Shown one piece after another: positions 10,274 to 20,182 of a stretch of 64,000 nt of DNA. The number at the start of each line of letters is the position of its first letter. Position 1 is the first letter of the stretch. This DNA comes from a virus. Location of the stretch: IMG/VR virus record IMGVR_UViG_3300029258_001887. One strand, given 5' to 3'. Both the position numbers and the translations under genes were made by a program. Below the pieces are notes generated by a model that searched no databases, was not told where the DNA came from, and was given only the letters and a program-made list of their open reading frames with translations.

Positions 10274-10614
10274 CAGTCCACCCTTCCTTCCTTAATGTAT
10301 CTCTCTGGATTTTTCAGCACATCTTTGTTGACTGGGCCATCTCTCCAGGGAGGCATCTCACCTTTATTCTTTCCCTCGCCAAGCCTATCAACTTTCTTGG
10401 GGGTCATACGCTGCTTCTTTGTTGTCCCGCCGCCCCTGTTGCCACGACACGGCGTTTCTGTCCCCTTGATGATGACAGCAGCACCACAGCAGATCAGCTT
10501 GACCAACTTTGGTTCGTGGCACTCAGGGCATTCTACGAGCGGTTCCGCCGACATGGCGTGAAACGCCTCAAACCCATGACCACACGCTTCGCACTCGTAT
10601 TCGTAGGTCGGCAT
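10273..10614 (-). CDS. FmdB-family zinc-ribbon protein
   Basis: MPTYEYECEACGH.FE...CPEC. Confidence 0.85.
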   Translation of the reverse strand: MPTYEYECEACGHGFEAFHAMSAEPLVECPECHEPKLVKLICCGAAVIIKGTETPCRGNRGGGTTKKQRMTPKKVDRLGEGKNKGEMPPWRDGPVNKDVLKNPERYIKEGRVD

Positions 10615-10619
10615 ACCTT

Positions 10620-10647
10620 ATTATACCTCCGAACGTGGCTTTTGTTC
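10620..10647 (-). promoter_or_regulatory. Phage promoter-like motif GAACA-N15-GGTATAAT
   Basis: Variant of a motif seen five times; directly upstream of the FmdB ATG. Confidence 0.55.
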
Positions 10648-11202
10648 CGCGAAAGTTCCTTTTTTCTTAGCAAAGTATCCAAGATTTTGACGGTCCTTCT
10701 CGGTGAACGGACCACCGTTGGATACCTCGGCCTTCAGTTGCTCTTTAATGGCCTGTACAGCTTCCGGTGAACGTTTTCCAACCTTCTGAACCGCACAGGT
10801 TAAGAGGGTAAGCAGATTGCCACGCTTCATGAACGCTCGGACCAGCAGGAAACCAGCCCCAATGAAGATCAGGGCCATCACCCCAGTTCCAGCCACAACC
10901 CAACCAGCACCACCGTAATTGATAGTATCCGCCTGCACGCTTTTTCTCCAGACGGACAATTCCTCAGCAAGCTGCGTCGTCTGCTCAATCTTGTTGTTGA
11001 TTTCGTCTACCTGATCGGCTACTACAGTGTTGTCGGCTTTCTGGTCAACGATCTTCTCAAGCTGCCCCATATCATTACGGATACCCTGAATCTCCGTCTT
11101 GACGGCTTCGGGTGCTACGCACCCTGGCATGACGCAAAAGAGTAGGGCTAGGATCGCCGCCGCAAGTCCTTGCGATGCTGTTTTCGTTTTTGCTTGGAAC
11201 AT
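10621..11202 (-). CDS. Membrane/lipoprotein with coiled coil
   Basis: Signal/lipobox-like N-terminus (MPGC) and a TM helix. Confidence 0.6.
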   Translation of the reverse strand: MFQAKTKTASQGLAAAILALLFCVMPGCVAPEAVKTEIQGIRNDMGQLEKIVDQKADNTVVADQVDEINNKIEQTTQLAEELSVWRKSVQADTINYGGAGWVVAGTGVMALIFIGAGFLLVRAFMKRGNLLTLLTCAVQKVGKRSPEAVQAIKEQLKAEVSNGGPFTEKDRQNLGYFAKKKGTFAEQKPRSEV

Positions 11203-11606
11203 TTTCCATTTCTCCTTTCAAACACCTCGTTTACCAAGGCATCTGCTCGTTTATTGTCTTTACGAGGCACCCACTTGATCGTGTGGTCTTCTAGTTGCTC
11301 TAACAACTCCAATACACGATCTCTATGTCTCTTGAGTTCTGGTTTGTTGACCTTGAACACCTTGGTAACTTGCTTCACAACAAGCTGGCTATCTCCAATG
11401 ATATGCAGGATGTCGGCTCCAGCCTTGAGACTACCTTGTAGACCAGCTATCAACGCACGATATTCGGCGATGTTGGACGTGCCTGTACCGCACGTCCTAT
11501 GACCAGATGCTATTACTTCTGTTTCGTTTTCCGAATCAACAAGTAACCAGCCATACCCCATTACCCCTTGTCTTATACCCCCATCGAAATAAAGTGTTGC
11601 TTCCAT
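11148..11606 (-). CDS. rnhA: Ribonuclease HI
   Basis: YFDG, TSNIAEY.AL, GDSQLV, WVPR..N.RAD.L. Confidence 0.92.
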   Translation of the reverse strand: MEATLYFDGGIRQGVMGYGWLLVDSENETEVIASGHRTCGTGTSNIAEYRALIAGLQGSLKAGADILHIIGDSQLVVKQVTKVFKVNKPELKRHRDRVLELLEQLEDHTIKWVPRKDNKRADALVNEVFERRNGKCSKQKRKQHRKDLRRRS

Positions 11607-12124
11607 TAAATATCACCCTTCGTCGAAATCCATTTTTTTCTGTTAACAATATCACTTATGTGAGATTGATGTACTCCAAACTTTGTAGCGATTTGTTGTT
11701 GTGTATATGTGCCACTAGAATAGAGTTGTCGTATACAAATTGCCTGTTTGGGAGATAATTTTCTTTGCCCACTTTTCCATGATGTGCCATAGACAATTTT
11801 ATCATGCTCATTACTAGATTGTGTTCCCCATCTTAAATTATCAGCAGCATCATTTGTTCGTACCCCATCCTTATGGCATACTTGTCCATTGGGGGGTCTA
11901 ACACCGTGAAAAGCTTCACAGACTAATGATGCAATTGTTTTAGGCTTTTTCTTTAACATAATTTTGCGATAGCCGGTATGTTTTTTGTCAATTTGTGGTT
12001 TCATTAAATGCCATTTATTACTTATGTGGCTATTTTTACCTCTTGTCCAGTATGATCTAATATTGCCAAGACTAGATACTTGATATCCTGGAAAACCAAC
12101 CACATTTTTCCATTGTTCGGTCAA
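11606..12124 (-). CDS. NUMOD4-HNH homing endonuclease
   Basis: W..V.GFPGYQVSSLG, HKDG...N...NLRWGT, C-terminal HTH. AT-rich relative to flanks. Confidence 0.88.
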   Translation of the reverse strand: MTEQWKNVVGFPGYQVSSLGNIRSYWTRGKNSHISNKWHLMKPQIDKKHTGYRKIMLKKKPKTIASLVCEAFHGVRPPNGQVCHKDGVRTNDAADNLRWGTQSSNEHDKIVYGTSWKSGQRKLSPKQAICIRQLYSSGTYTQQQIATKFGVHQSHISDIVNRKKWISTKGDI

Positions 12125-13077
12125 AACGGAGTTTCCCCCTCTCCGACTTCAGTCTTTGCACCTTCACACATATCTCTGAAGAAACATCTCGTACACGCAT
12201 GTTCGTTGTCAGTCCTCTGGAAATAAGCTGGATTGTCTTTGTTTTCGAACGCCTCAGTGAGCAGCGGATATTCACTGCGGATGATACCCGCTTGTCTTTT
12301 CATGTGCTGCATGGTCACATCCAGATGCGGGGTTGCCCGTTCTCCAAGGTCTGCGTAGGCTGCTAGATACACAGGAATGATCACGATATCATCCGGCTTC
12401 TTTGCCCATCCTTGCTTCAATGCGTACATGGCATAGGTTGTGAGTTGGTCTATTACCGAATCACTCACTTTGCCAGTTTTCCAATCCAGCAGATATATCT
12501 TGCCTTGGTATCTGAACCCGCAGTCTATCTTTACCGTTACTTCTTCACCGGTATCAAATGTAAACTTCTGGAAATCCTCGATGGTCAGCCAATCTTCTTT
12601 CTTGAGTTCTTGCATGATTTTGAATAGTGGCATATCATAGAATGCCTTTAGCGATCTCAGAACCTTCTGTTTGTATGAATCTAATCGGGCTGGGTCTATC
12701 TCTTCCTGATAGAAATGTTCTGCTAGGTTCACACTCTGCTTAGGGCTTACTTCCCACCTGCGATCCTTTGACTGCTTCCAGCCCTTCCGAAGTCTTTGAA
12801 TGGCATCTTCTTGCGATTCCTTTAGTGTTTTCCATTCACCGGTTTCTCTGCCGGATTTGATGATTTCTTCTATTACGTCGTGGACCACGGAACCCACAAA
12901 CATGGGGAGATTTGTCATGTTCTTGAGCATATAAGCTCGACGTTTCTCTTGGGGTGCAGAATTCAACCATCCAAGCCAGGCCAGAAAATAAGTCAGATAG
13001 TATTTCCATCCACATTCACGCAAGCATTTGACCCTTGATTCACTCCACGCATAAGTCTGTTTTATTTCACTCATCAT
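12121..13077 (-). CDS. Second Cas4/RecB-like PD-(D/E)XK nuclease
   Basis: C.WKYY, GSVVH, KID...LDWKTG, DQL..Y, CTRC.FRDMC. Confidence 0.85.
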   Translation of the reverse strand: MMSEIKQTYAWSESRVKCLRECGWKYYLTYFLAWLGWLNSAPQEKRRAYMLKNMTNLPMFVGSVVHDVIEEIIKSGRETGEWKTLKESQEDAIQRLRKGWKQSKDRRWEVSPKQSVNLAEHFYQEEIDPARLDSYKQKVLRSLKAFYDMPLFKIMQELKKEDWLTIEDFQKFTFDTGEEVTVKIDCGFRYQGKIYLLDWKTGKVSDSVIDQLTTYAMYALKQGWAKKPDDIVIIPVYLAAYADLGERATPHLDVTMQHMKRQAGIIRSEYPLLTEAFENKDNPAYFQRTDNEHACTRCFFRDMCEGAKTEVGEGETPF

Positions 13078-13609
13078 TGTGACCTTTCCACAGCTTACGT
13101 CGCTTGATGGCACTAATGGTAGATTGAACAACATTAAATTTTCTGGCTATAGACACCTGGGTATGCGTCTTCAAAAGTTTCCTGATTTCAGTTACGTCTC
13201 TAGCCGTCAATTTGCTACAACCATGTTCTTCTCCGCTCGCAGGATTCTTGGGGCACACTGATCTTCCGTGTCTGACAATATCTGCTTTATTATCAAGATT
13301 GTCCCCCCACGCAAGATTACCAACATGATTATTATGTGGATTGCCATCCAAGTGTCTTATCTCCGGTTTTCCAACGGGTGGAGGACCTATAAAAGCTCTA
13401 GCGACCAGACGATGAATTCGTTTATTTACCTTATGGTTAAACCCATCGTACATAGATACCATTAAATATCCCTTTGAGGTTTTCCATGGACGGAGAATAC
13501 GACCCACAACTGCACCACCATAACGGCCTATCCTTCGGACTCTGCCGCAATCCGAAACTTCATATATGCCCTCGTATCCCACTACTGGCTTCCAAGTTTC
13601 CCTAGTCAC
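13067..13609 (-). CDS. NUMOD4-HNH homing endonuclease
   Basis: ETWKPVVGYEGIYEVSD.G, HRLVA.AF, HLDGN..NN...NL. Confidence 0.9.
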   Translation of the reverse strand: MTRETWKPVVGYEGIYEVSDCGRVRRIGRYGGAVVGRILRPWKTSKGYLMVSMYDGFNHKVNKRIHRLVARAFIGPPPVGKPEIRHLDGNPHNNHVGNLAWGDNLDNKADIVRHGRSVCPKNPASGEEHGCSKLTARDVTEIRKLLKTHTQVSIARKFNVVQSTISAIKRRKLWKGHNDE

Positions 13610-14795
13610 CTTTTTGCAACCTTTCACCGATACCGTCTCTGTTGATGTAATATGTTCTGTCCCAAAATGGGAAGAATTCTGGTGAAAAACGAGTGATGCT
13701 TCCCTTGATATCCTGTTGCAAGGTTACGATACAGAATCCAACGTGGGCCGCTAGTTTTCGCTTACGCATAAACCGCGTTTGATCCTGAGTGCAACCAGCC
13801 TGAACACAGTGGACGTTGCGGGGGAAGCAATACTCCTGCTTGTGGTAGTGGCCTATGATGCAAACCGCTGGCTTCTCTCCACCCTGGAACGACTCGACCA
13901 GCTTTTGGCTGGCGTATGAAAACGCATACGAGCTACCACCTCCAGCGTGAATCACCTTGACGATGGCTTTCCCTTGCGGTGCCCTCAGTTCAAAGTCGGC
14001 CTCCATATAGCCCATATAGATCAAGTCGTTGCGACCCTGCGCCTGAGCTTCTAGCATGAGGAAGCGACCAAATTCGATTCCTTCCCTCTGTTGGAACCAA
14101 CCTTCGTGATCGTCGCCGTCAACGAAGTAGGTGTTGATTCCTGGACGCGAAGGCCAATTGTCGATAGCATACTGGCACTGGTCGGCAATGCCGTGGGCCA
14201 GAAGTTCATGTGTGTTGAAACGGCATTCGCCGTCGATATAGTTGCCTGGGCAGAAGACAGTCGTGATGCCTCTTTTGGCAAACTCATCGTATGCTGCGTT
14301 GAGGACATCTAGTCTTTCTGCCTTGCTGCATAGGTGCATGTCGGCAACTACGCCGAATGAGATCGGCTTATCGTGGAAGTGATTTTCAAAAATAATACCC
14401 TGACCAGCTTGCTCTGCGGATTTGCCAAGCTGGATGGAACTGCCTCGCCGCATGATGATGTAGCCGCGCTCTTCCATGTCCTGGATAACCGCCAGCACAT
14501 CTTCCTCGGTCGAATGCATCTGCTCAGCGACCTTGGCTGCCGTTGTCTGCTTCTTGATCCGCCTTGCCACCTCTGACCTAAACAACGGATCACCTGGATC
14601 AATGCCGACCTGGGGGATTCCAGCCATAATGGTTTCTGCCTGAGTGATCAGCTTCCTGGCCTTCCAGATCGTTACCCCCAGTTCCTTCGCCACTTCTTCC
14701 CGAAGTGTCCCAGTGCTGCCTGCTCGGTTATGTAGTCGAATGAGCCTGATTACTTCCTGAGTCTGTTCGTCTAGTTGGGGCTTCGCATTAGCCAT
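13602..14795 (-). CDS. HTH + calcineurin-like metallophosphoesterase
   Basis: ADMH, GNYIDG, GDDHE, IH, GHYH motifs after an N-terminal HTH region. Confidence 0.8.
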   Translation of the reverse strand: MANAKPQLDEQTQEVIRLIRLHNRAGSTGTLREEVAKELGVTIWKARKLITQAETIMAGIPQVGIDPGDPLFRSEVARRIKKQTTAAKVAEQMHSTEEDVLAVIQDMEERGYIIMRRGSSIQLGKSAEQAGQGIIFENHFHDKPISFGVVADMHLCSKAERLDVLNAAYDEFAKRGITTVFCPGNYIDGECRFNTHELLAHGIADQCQYAIDNWPSRPGINTYFVDGDDHEGWFQQREGIEFGRFLMLEAQAQGRNDLIYMGYMEADFELRAPQGKAIVKVIHAGGGSSYAFSYASQKLVESFQGGEKPAVCIIGHYHKQEYCFPRNVHCVQAGCTQDQTRFMRKRKLAAHVGFCIVTLQQDIKGSITRFSPEFFPFWDRTYYINRDGIGERLQKGD

Positions 14796-16577
14796 TTAGC
14801 TACCACCTTTCGTTATCTCACACACACCACTCGGGCAATCGTTAACCGCCGCTTCCTCTTCCATTTGTCCCAAGTGTTGTTTTGCTTCCGCTAAGGGCAA
14901 CGGGATCAATGGTGACTCGCCCTTGCTGCCATCCCGGTACACTGTGATTCCCTTGAGTTCTGCTATGTACTGTCTCATCTCCTGAGACAATTGATCGACA
15001 GAATAATCTGTTGGAAGATTGATTGTCTTGGATATAGAATTATCGATATGTCTCTGGCATACCGCCTGCATGGCCAGATGTGCGCCTGGTTCTATGTCGT
15101 GGGCACCCTGGAAGTGTTTGGTTGATCTCTTGGCTTCCAAGAACCGCTTCAGTAGCGGATGAACAACCACCTCGACAGCCCTGTCTCTTTCCTCGTCCTT
15201 ATGCATATCTTTGTGCTTATTGAATCGCCTCTCGTAAACTGGTTGGAATAGCGGCTCAATACCTGATGAGCAACCTGCCACGATTGATATTGTTCCGGTG
15301 GGTGCGATTGTTAACAAAGCACAATTACGAATACCATGTTCTCTGATCAGCCGATGATGCCTGCGGGGCAGGCACTTTTTTACGAATCCTGTTTTGACGT
15401 GCTGATCTATATCGAATGCATGGAATGGACCCTTCTCTATCGCCAAAGTGATGCTTGCATGGTAGGCTTGTTTCTTGACAAAATCCATCACCTTGTCTAC
15501 GATTTCTCTCGCATCTTCGCTCGAATACTTCAGACCCAATTCTAGCAGCATATCGTGGAGCCCCATTACACCGAGACCGATTCGACGATACTTCTGGCAG
15601 GTTTCCTGAATAATTGACATCGGATAGTTATTCTGGTCGAGCACGTCATCCAGGAACCTTACACTCATCGCCACGGTTTCTTCGAGTAAATCCCAGTCTA
15701 TCTTTCCATCGATTATATGGGTATGAAGATTGACCGCACCAAGGCAGCAACAATCATACGGTGGCATCCAAATCTCACCACACGGATTGGTGCTTACCAG
15801 ATCATGGCGGTAAGAAATGGTGTTCATGGCATTAGCAAGACCGATGTTCAACACCCCTGGGTCTCCACTCTCCCACGCATTGTGGACAATCTTATCCCAG
15901 ATGTCTTTCGCTGCAATCCTGCCACGCTCTTCGCCTTGCCATCTGAATACCACCTCATCTTCTTCGTCGAGCAACTTCAGAAAGGCGTCATCGATACAAA
16001 CAGATATGTTGGCGTTATTGAGTTCCCCTTTGTCTAGTTTCGCTTCTAGGAATTCCATAAGGTCTGGGTGATCGTAGCGGAGACAAAACATTAGCGCCGA
16101 TCTACGACCGCCGCCCTCACGCAATTCATTGCAGACAGCGTTGATGGCTCGCATGAGACTAACCGCGCCGGTAGCTTCACCGCCAGTACTACGGATGAGA
16201 CTACCTCTTGGACGTACTCGTGAAAAGTTAATCCCGACACCGCCACCGGTACCGGAGATAATTGTAACTGCTCGTAGTGCATCGCCCCACCCCTCTCTGG
16301 AATCCAGGTCGTCCGTCCACACAAAACAGTTCAACATCTGCCCTCTTGGTCGTCCTGCCCCACGCCATATTCGTCCACCAGGAGAGAAACGATTTGTTTG
16401 CAAAATCTCCAGAAATCTGGTAAAGTATTCGTCACGTTTCGTCCCCATCTCGGCATCCGAAATTGATCTTGCGACCCGCTCACAAGCTTGTCCGAATGTT
16501 TCTTCTACGTGAATAGCATATCTATCCTGAAAAATTTGCAAAGCAAATCCCTCTGGATTGTATACTGGCACACTCAC
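14796..16577 (-). CDS. nrdJ: Class II (adenosylcobalamin-dependent) ribonucleotide reductase
   Basis: NCF, GGGVG, RRSALM, TNPCGEI, IAPTGT, SKTINLP, C-terminal CPSGVC. No ATP cone and no adjacent beta subunit. Confidence 0.9.
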   Translation of the reverse strand: MSVPVYNPEGFALQIFQDRYAIHVEETFGQACERVARSISDAEMGTKRDEYFTRFLEILQTNRFSPGGRIWRGAGRPRGQMLNCFVWTDDLDSREGWGDALRAVTIISGTGGGVGINFSRVRPRGSLIRSTGGEATGAVSLMRAINAVCNELREGGGRRSALMFCLRYDHPDLMEFLEAKLDKGELNNANISVCIDDAFLKLLDEEDEVVFRWQGEERGRIAAKDIWDKIVHNAWESGDPGVLNIGLANAMNTISYRHDLVSTNPCGEIWMPPYDCCCLGAVNLHTHIIDGKIDWDLLEETVAMSVRFLDDVLDQNNYPMSIIQETCQKYRRIGLGVMGLHDMLLELGLKYSSEDAREIVDKVMDFVKKQAYHASITLAIEKGPFHAFDIDQHVKTGFVKKCLPRRHHRLIREHGIRNCALLTIAPTGTISIVAGCSSGIEPLFQPVYERRFNKHKDMHKDEERDRAVEVVVHPLLKRFLEAKRSTKHFQGAHDIEPGAHLAMQAVCQRHIDNSISKTINLPTDYSVDQLSQEMRQYIAELKGITVYRDGSKGESPLIPLPLAEAKQHLGQMEEEAAVNDCPSGVCEITKGGS

Positions 16578-17212
16578 GAAACCTCTCCCCCTTTTATTTG
16601 CATACTCCCGGCCCCACCGGGAGCTTCAAACGTTGGCTGATCTGTGCCGGGTTGTTGTGCAAGATATGACGCGACCAATTTCCTGAACGGCTCTATGAAA
16701 TGGCTACGATATTGTTGTTGGGCAGCATATGAACGAGAATCGGCGATTCGCAAAGCGAACCAATTGTCGATATTGGTTGGGCCTACCTCCGCTATGAATT
16801 TGCGTATTGTTTTTTCTTTGGCGGCGATACTAACATCATACATATGCATTGTAACCAGACGGACCACCTTGTCTATTAAATCAGGTGATGCTTGCCACTC
16901 AGCCAGCTTGATTTCTGCGATGTTTGCAGATTCTATGGCGTGGCCTGGGAAGCGAGGCAGGGAAGGATCATCCATTGGTTGTACGCAGCATTTGCCAAGG
17001 TCATGGAACAGGCCCGACAACAAAGTGATGGGGTTCTTGGGCGTAACCAAGTCGATGACAGACATCGTGTGTTCCCAAACCGATTGGCCATTCCGTTGCA
17101 TAATCAGACGGCTAGCCTCTAATTCTGGAAACTCCCCATCCGGGGTAGCCCAGTAATCACTCGGCAAGCCTGAAGCTTGCATCCCACGGATGACTTCATC
17201 TACTTTGCTCAT
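16574..17212 (-). CDS. HD-domain phosphohydrolase resembling the HD part of CCA-adding enzymes
   Basis: FPEL, VWEHT, LFHDLGK, FPGHA..SA, H.Y, AD. Confidence 0.75.
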   Translation of the reverse strand: MSKVDEVIRGMQASGLPSDYWATPDGEFPELEASRLIMQRNGQSVWEHTMSVIDLVTPKNPITLLSGLFHDLGKCCVQPMDDPSLPRFPGHAIESANIAEIKLAEWQASPDLIDKVVRLVTMHMYDVSIAAKEKTIRKFIAEVGPTNIDNWFALRIADSRSYAAQQQYRSHFIEPFRKLVASYLAQQPGTDQPTFEAPGGAGSMQIKGGEVS

Positions 17213-18096
17213 GGACAGGTTACCGCATTTTGGTCAATGAAATCCCTTGCGACTCCGACCGAAATTGCGTGTGCTAGGTGCGGAACAATCTGGCCATTAC
17301 AAGCTATAGCGACACGGAACGGAATACCTATCATATAATAGTGGCCATCGTATTTCTTAAACAATCCACCCCCACTTGATCCTGGAGTGATTTGTGCCGT
17401 GTTGCCGTAAATGACCCATTCCTTTTCCCCATTGTTGCCAGTGATGATTTGTGATATAATGCCGGTAGTTGGTGATGGAGCATTACCAAGTTGGCAGCCA
17501 ATTGCGAAGATTTCATCGAAGACACGTACCTGGCTGAGCATATCGTCGTCTGCGATTTTAGCAACGGAGAACTCGTGTTTCGAACGAAAAGATAATAGTG
17601 CCAAATCATACCGCATGTCTTCGGCGATCACTGTCGCATTGTGTGGGAACCAATCTCGTTCTGTGTGGTTAAAGGCAATGACGCCGCAACCAGTATCGAT
17701 CCTTTCGGACTTTACCTTGCCGGTAATTGAATCAACCCCACGCAAAATAGTAATGAATCTACTGTAGGTGACATGGGCGTTGGTGAGTACCAGATACTCA
17801 CACAATCCATCTGTATCCGTTTCAAGGCGATCGATAATGGTCCCCGAACCACTGCCTTGGCGAGTCTGCACGAAAACCGTGGTGTCTCGCATTTCCCTCT
17901 GTTTCAGTTCAATCTCATCGACTACTGGTGGTAGAACCTTCTTCTCTGTTGTTTCTTCAACTGTTACCTCTGCCGCCTCGACTACTGTGGTTTCTTGTGT
18001 ATGATTTTCACCACTCCAGTTCGGGGTCATGGCTACCATACCGATACAGAAAAAAAACATCACGATTGAGACGAAGCAGGCGTTCCATTTACACAT
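17209..18096 (-). CDS. Trypsin-like serine protease with N-terminal membrane anchor
   Basis: LTNAHV, DLALL and PGSSGG triad motifs. Confidence 0.88.
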   Translation of the reverse strand: MCKWNACFVSIVMFFFCIGMVAMTPNWSGENHTQETTVVEAAEVTVEETTEKKVLPPVVDEIELKQREMRDTTVFVQTRQGSGSGTIIDRLETDTDGLCEYLVLTNAHVTYSRFITILRGVDSITGKVKSERIDTGCGVIAFNHTERDWFPHNATVIAEDMRYDLALLSFRSKHEFSVAKIADDDMLSQVRVFDEIFAIGCQLGNAPSPTTGIISQIITGNNGEKEWVIYGNTAQITPGSSGGGLFKKYDGHYYMIGIPFRVAIACNGQIVPHLAHAISVGVARDFIDQNAVTCP

Positions 18097-18168
18097 AACT
18101 CTAACTCCCCTCGGGAAAAGAAAGCGGGGTGACCCCCGACCGAGAGCCACCCCACACGTTTTGTCGCA

Positions 18169-18618
18169 TTATCCGGCGAATTCTTCCACGGCTTCGAGTG
18201 CGCCCTCGATAGCCGATGATATCAGGGCTGCGATCAATTCCTGGTCCTCTGTGATATTAAGTTCCGCCGATCGGAGATATCGCTCAATCACATCGATGAT
18301 GGTTAAACCGTAGACTTGATACTTCTGTGGGAGCTTTACACTCACCAGATTCCTCGCGCCAGTAAAGTCTGGCTGACCGGGCACCGCCAAAAGGTCTCTC
18401 AGGGCCACCAAGTACCCCTTGACAACCTCCACATCCTCCGCTGGCATCTTCGCCTCGGTCAAGGCGATTCGAGTCGCCAGCTTGGAGAACATATTGATGT
18501 CGGCCTTTAGTCGAGGAACATTGTCCTGCCACCTGCCGCCGCCACCGAACGTAGCACAACCCGTCATAGGTAGCGATATCGCCACCAACAATACCGAAAC
18601 GATCCACCACTTGCTCAT
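18169..18618 (-). CDS. Putative lipoprotein
   Basis: Signal peptide ending MTGC. Confidence 0.65.
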   Translation of the reverse strand: MSKWWIVSVLLVAISLPMTGCATFGGGGRWQDNVPRLKADINMFSKLATRIALTEAKMPAEDVEVVKGYLVALRDLLAVPGQPDFTGARNLVSVKLPQKYQVYGLTIIDVIERYLRSAELNITEDQELIAALISSAIEGALEAVEEFAG

Positions 18619-18692
18619 TTTTCCACCTTCCTATTCATCAGGAGACCAACAGACCCGTTAAAGGTTTATACACCGTGGACCGATCACTCTGA

Positions 18693-19010
18693 TCAATCTC
18701 TTTGCCATCTTTCACGACGCCGATCTTTGGCTTGTTTGTTTTCGTTTCCCTCTTTTTGACGACCATACTTCCATGTGCGCTTTGGACGCCGGGGGCCACC
18801 CTGCTTCACAGCCGAACGATCGACCTGATAGCATTCACTACACTCGACTCTTCCAATCTTTGGATTCGTGTGGACTTCTCTACACTTCCCATGACATCGC
18901 AACTGGTGCCCACCGCCACAGGCACACAAGTCAATCCCAAGCAACCTCTTCAGTCGCTCAATCTTTTTCTGTTCTCTCTTCTTTTTGTTGCGACCTCTCT
19001 CGTTCGCCAT
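18693..19010 (-). CDS. Basic hypothetical protein with Cys motifs
   Basis: ORF following the sigma gene. Confidence 0.5.
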   Translation of the reverse strand: MANERGRNKKKREQKKIERLKRLLGIDLCACGGGHQLRCHGKCREVHTNPKIGRVECSECYQVDRSAVKQGGPRRPKRTWKYGRQKEGNENKQAKDRRRERWQRD

Positions 19011-19013
19011 GAC

Positions 19014-19526
19014 TTACTCCTGCTCCGTTTCGCACTTCTGCCTCATCTTGTCGATCGCCCTACCCTTGATGCGGCAGATCGTGGAAGGGACAACGCCCTG
19101 ATCTTGGGATACTTCTCTCATTGTCTTTTCGTCAAAGAACAACCCGGCTATGACTGCACGTTCCTCTTCTGTCAGGCACGCCATCAGTTCTTCTACCATG
19201 ATGCGTGTATCCACATCGGTGTTCGGGCCAGCTATGCTCGACATCGCATCCAGCGACATAATCTGGATGCGCTTGGCTCTGTTCTCCACATTTCTCATGT
19301 GTCGGAAGATTCCGCTCAGACGGCCATGGAAAAATGTGATGAATGACCCGCTGCGCCTGTAGCAGATCATACACCTGAGTAATTCTTCCTCGGCTTGGGC
19401 TTTCAATTCCTCATTTTGTGTGTCGTCTATCCCGATTTGGAAAGCTAGCTTGTGAATCAGCGGAGCATACTGACGACGGGCCAGATCAAAGTATGCTTTA
19501 GTGATGCGACGTTGCCGTTTCATCAT
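19014..19526 (-). CDS. Sigma70-family RNA polymerase sigma factor (short, regions 2+4)
   Basis: YAPLI..LA, F.TF region 2; L.EEERAVI...KTMREVS...V...TI.RIK.RAI.KMR region 4. ATGA overlap with ClpP. Confidence 0.85.
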   Translation of the reverse strand: MMKRQRRITKAYFDLARRQYAPLIHKLAFQIGIDDTQNEELKAQAEEELLRCMICYRRSGSFITFFHGRLSGIFRHMRNVENRAKRIQIMSLDAMSSIAGPNTDVDTRIMVEELMACLTEEERAVIAGLFFDEKTMREVSQDQGVVPSTICRIKGRAIDKMRQKCETEQE

Positions 19527-20182
19527 TTCCCAAATCCTTTGCTTACCGCCTGTTCCATGCGTGGTGTCCAGATGCCATCGATCATGCCGACCTTCACAGC
19601 CTGCTGCGGTGACATCCACTTGGTTTCGCTCATTAGCTGTAGCAACTGCTTCGTGGTGACCTTCATTCTCTTGGCGAGAGCAGCCACCTTTCTCTTGTAG
19701 TCCTCTTCGAGATACCCCGTCATCTGGCCATGTCTTTCTATCGAATCTGGGGAACTCTGAATAATCACTGAATGCAACATCATAGACGAGTTGGGCGTTG
19801 CGTATCGATGCCCCTTTGCTCCGAAGGCAGCGATCATTGCGGCCATCGAATGACTCTGGCCGCGAACAATCGTGTGGATAGGACACCGACATGCCAGCAT
19901 TTGATCGATGATGGCATACCCAGAGGCGAGACATCCACCTGGGCTGTTAATGTACATATACACCGGCTCTTTGCGCAAAGAGAATAGTTGTAGGTAGCTA
20001 CAGATGTGTGTGGATGCTATTTCGTTGATTTCACCTACGACCAACAGCCTCCGCGTTCTGACCATGAACTCTTCGACTATCTCATCCAACTGGATCGGCA
20101 TAGCTAGTTCTGGCTCGACAGGGCATTCGGTTTCGGGCTCGCCGCCATTTTTGGGCTTCTCGGTGTAACGACTAAACCTCAT
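19523..20182 (-). CDS. clpP: ClpP-family protease subunit
   Basis: MYINSPGG, SMAA (catalytic Ser), MMLH, WMSP..A..GMID. Confidence 0.9.
   Translation of the reverse strand: MRFSRYTEKPKNGGEPETECPVEPELAMPIQLDEIVEEFMVRTRRLLVVGEINEIASTHICSYLQLFSLRKEPVYMYINSPGGCLASGYAIIDQMLACRCPIHTIVRGQSHSMAAMIAAFGAKGHRYATPNSSMMLHSVIIQSSPDSIERHGQMTGYLEEDYKRKVAALAKRMKVTTKQLLQLMSETKWMSPQQAVKVGMIDGIWTPRMEQAVSKGFGK

Noticed and set aside
1563-13077. CRISPR-Cas adaptation genes (two Cas4-like ORFs)
   Set aside because: Stand-alone Cas4-like nucleases are common in phage replication modules; no cas1, cas2 or array.
4041-16577. Inteins or group I introns in dnaB, recA, nrdJ
   Set aside because: These ORFs are of normal length and continuous; the HNH genes sit between genes, not within them.
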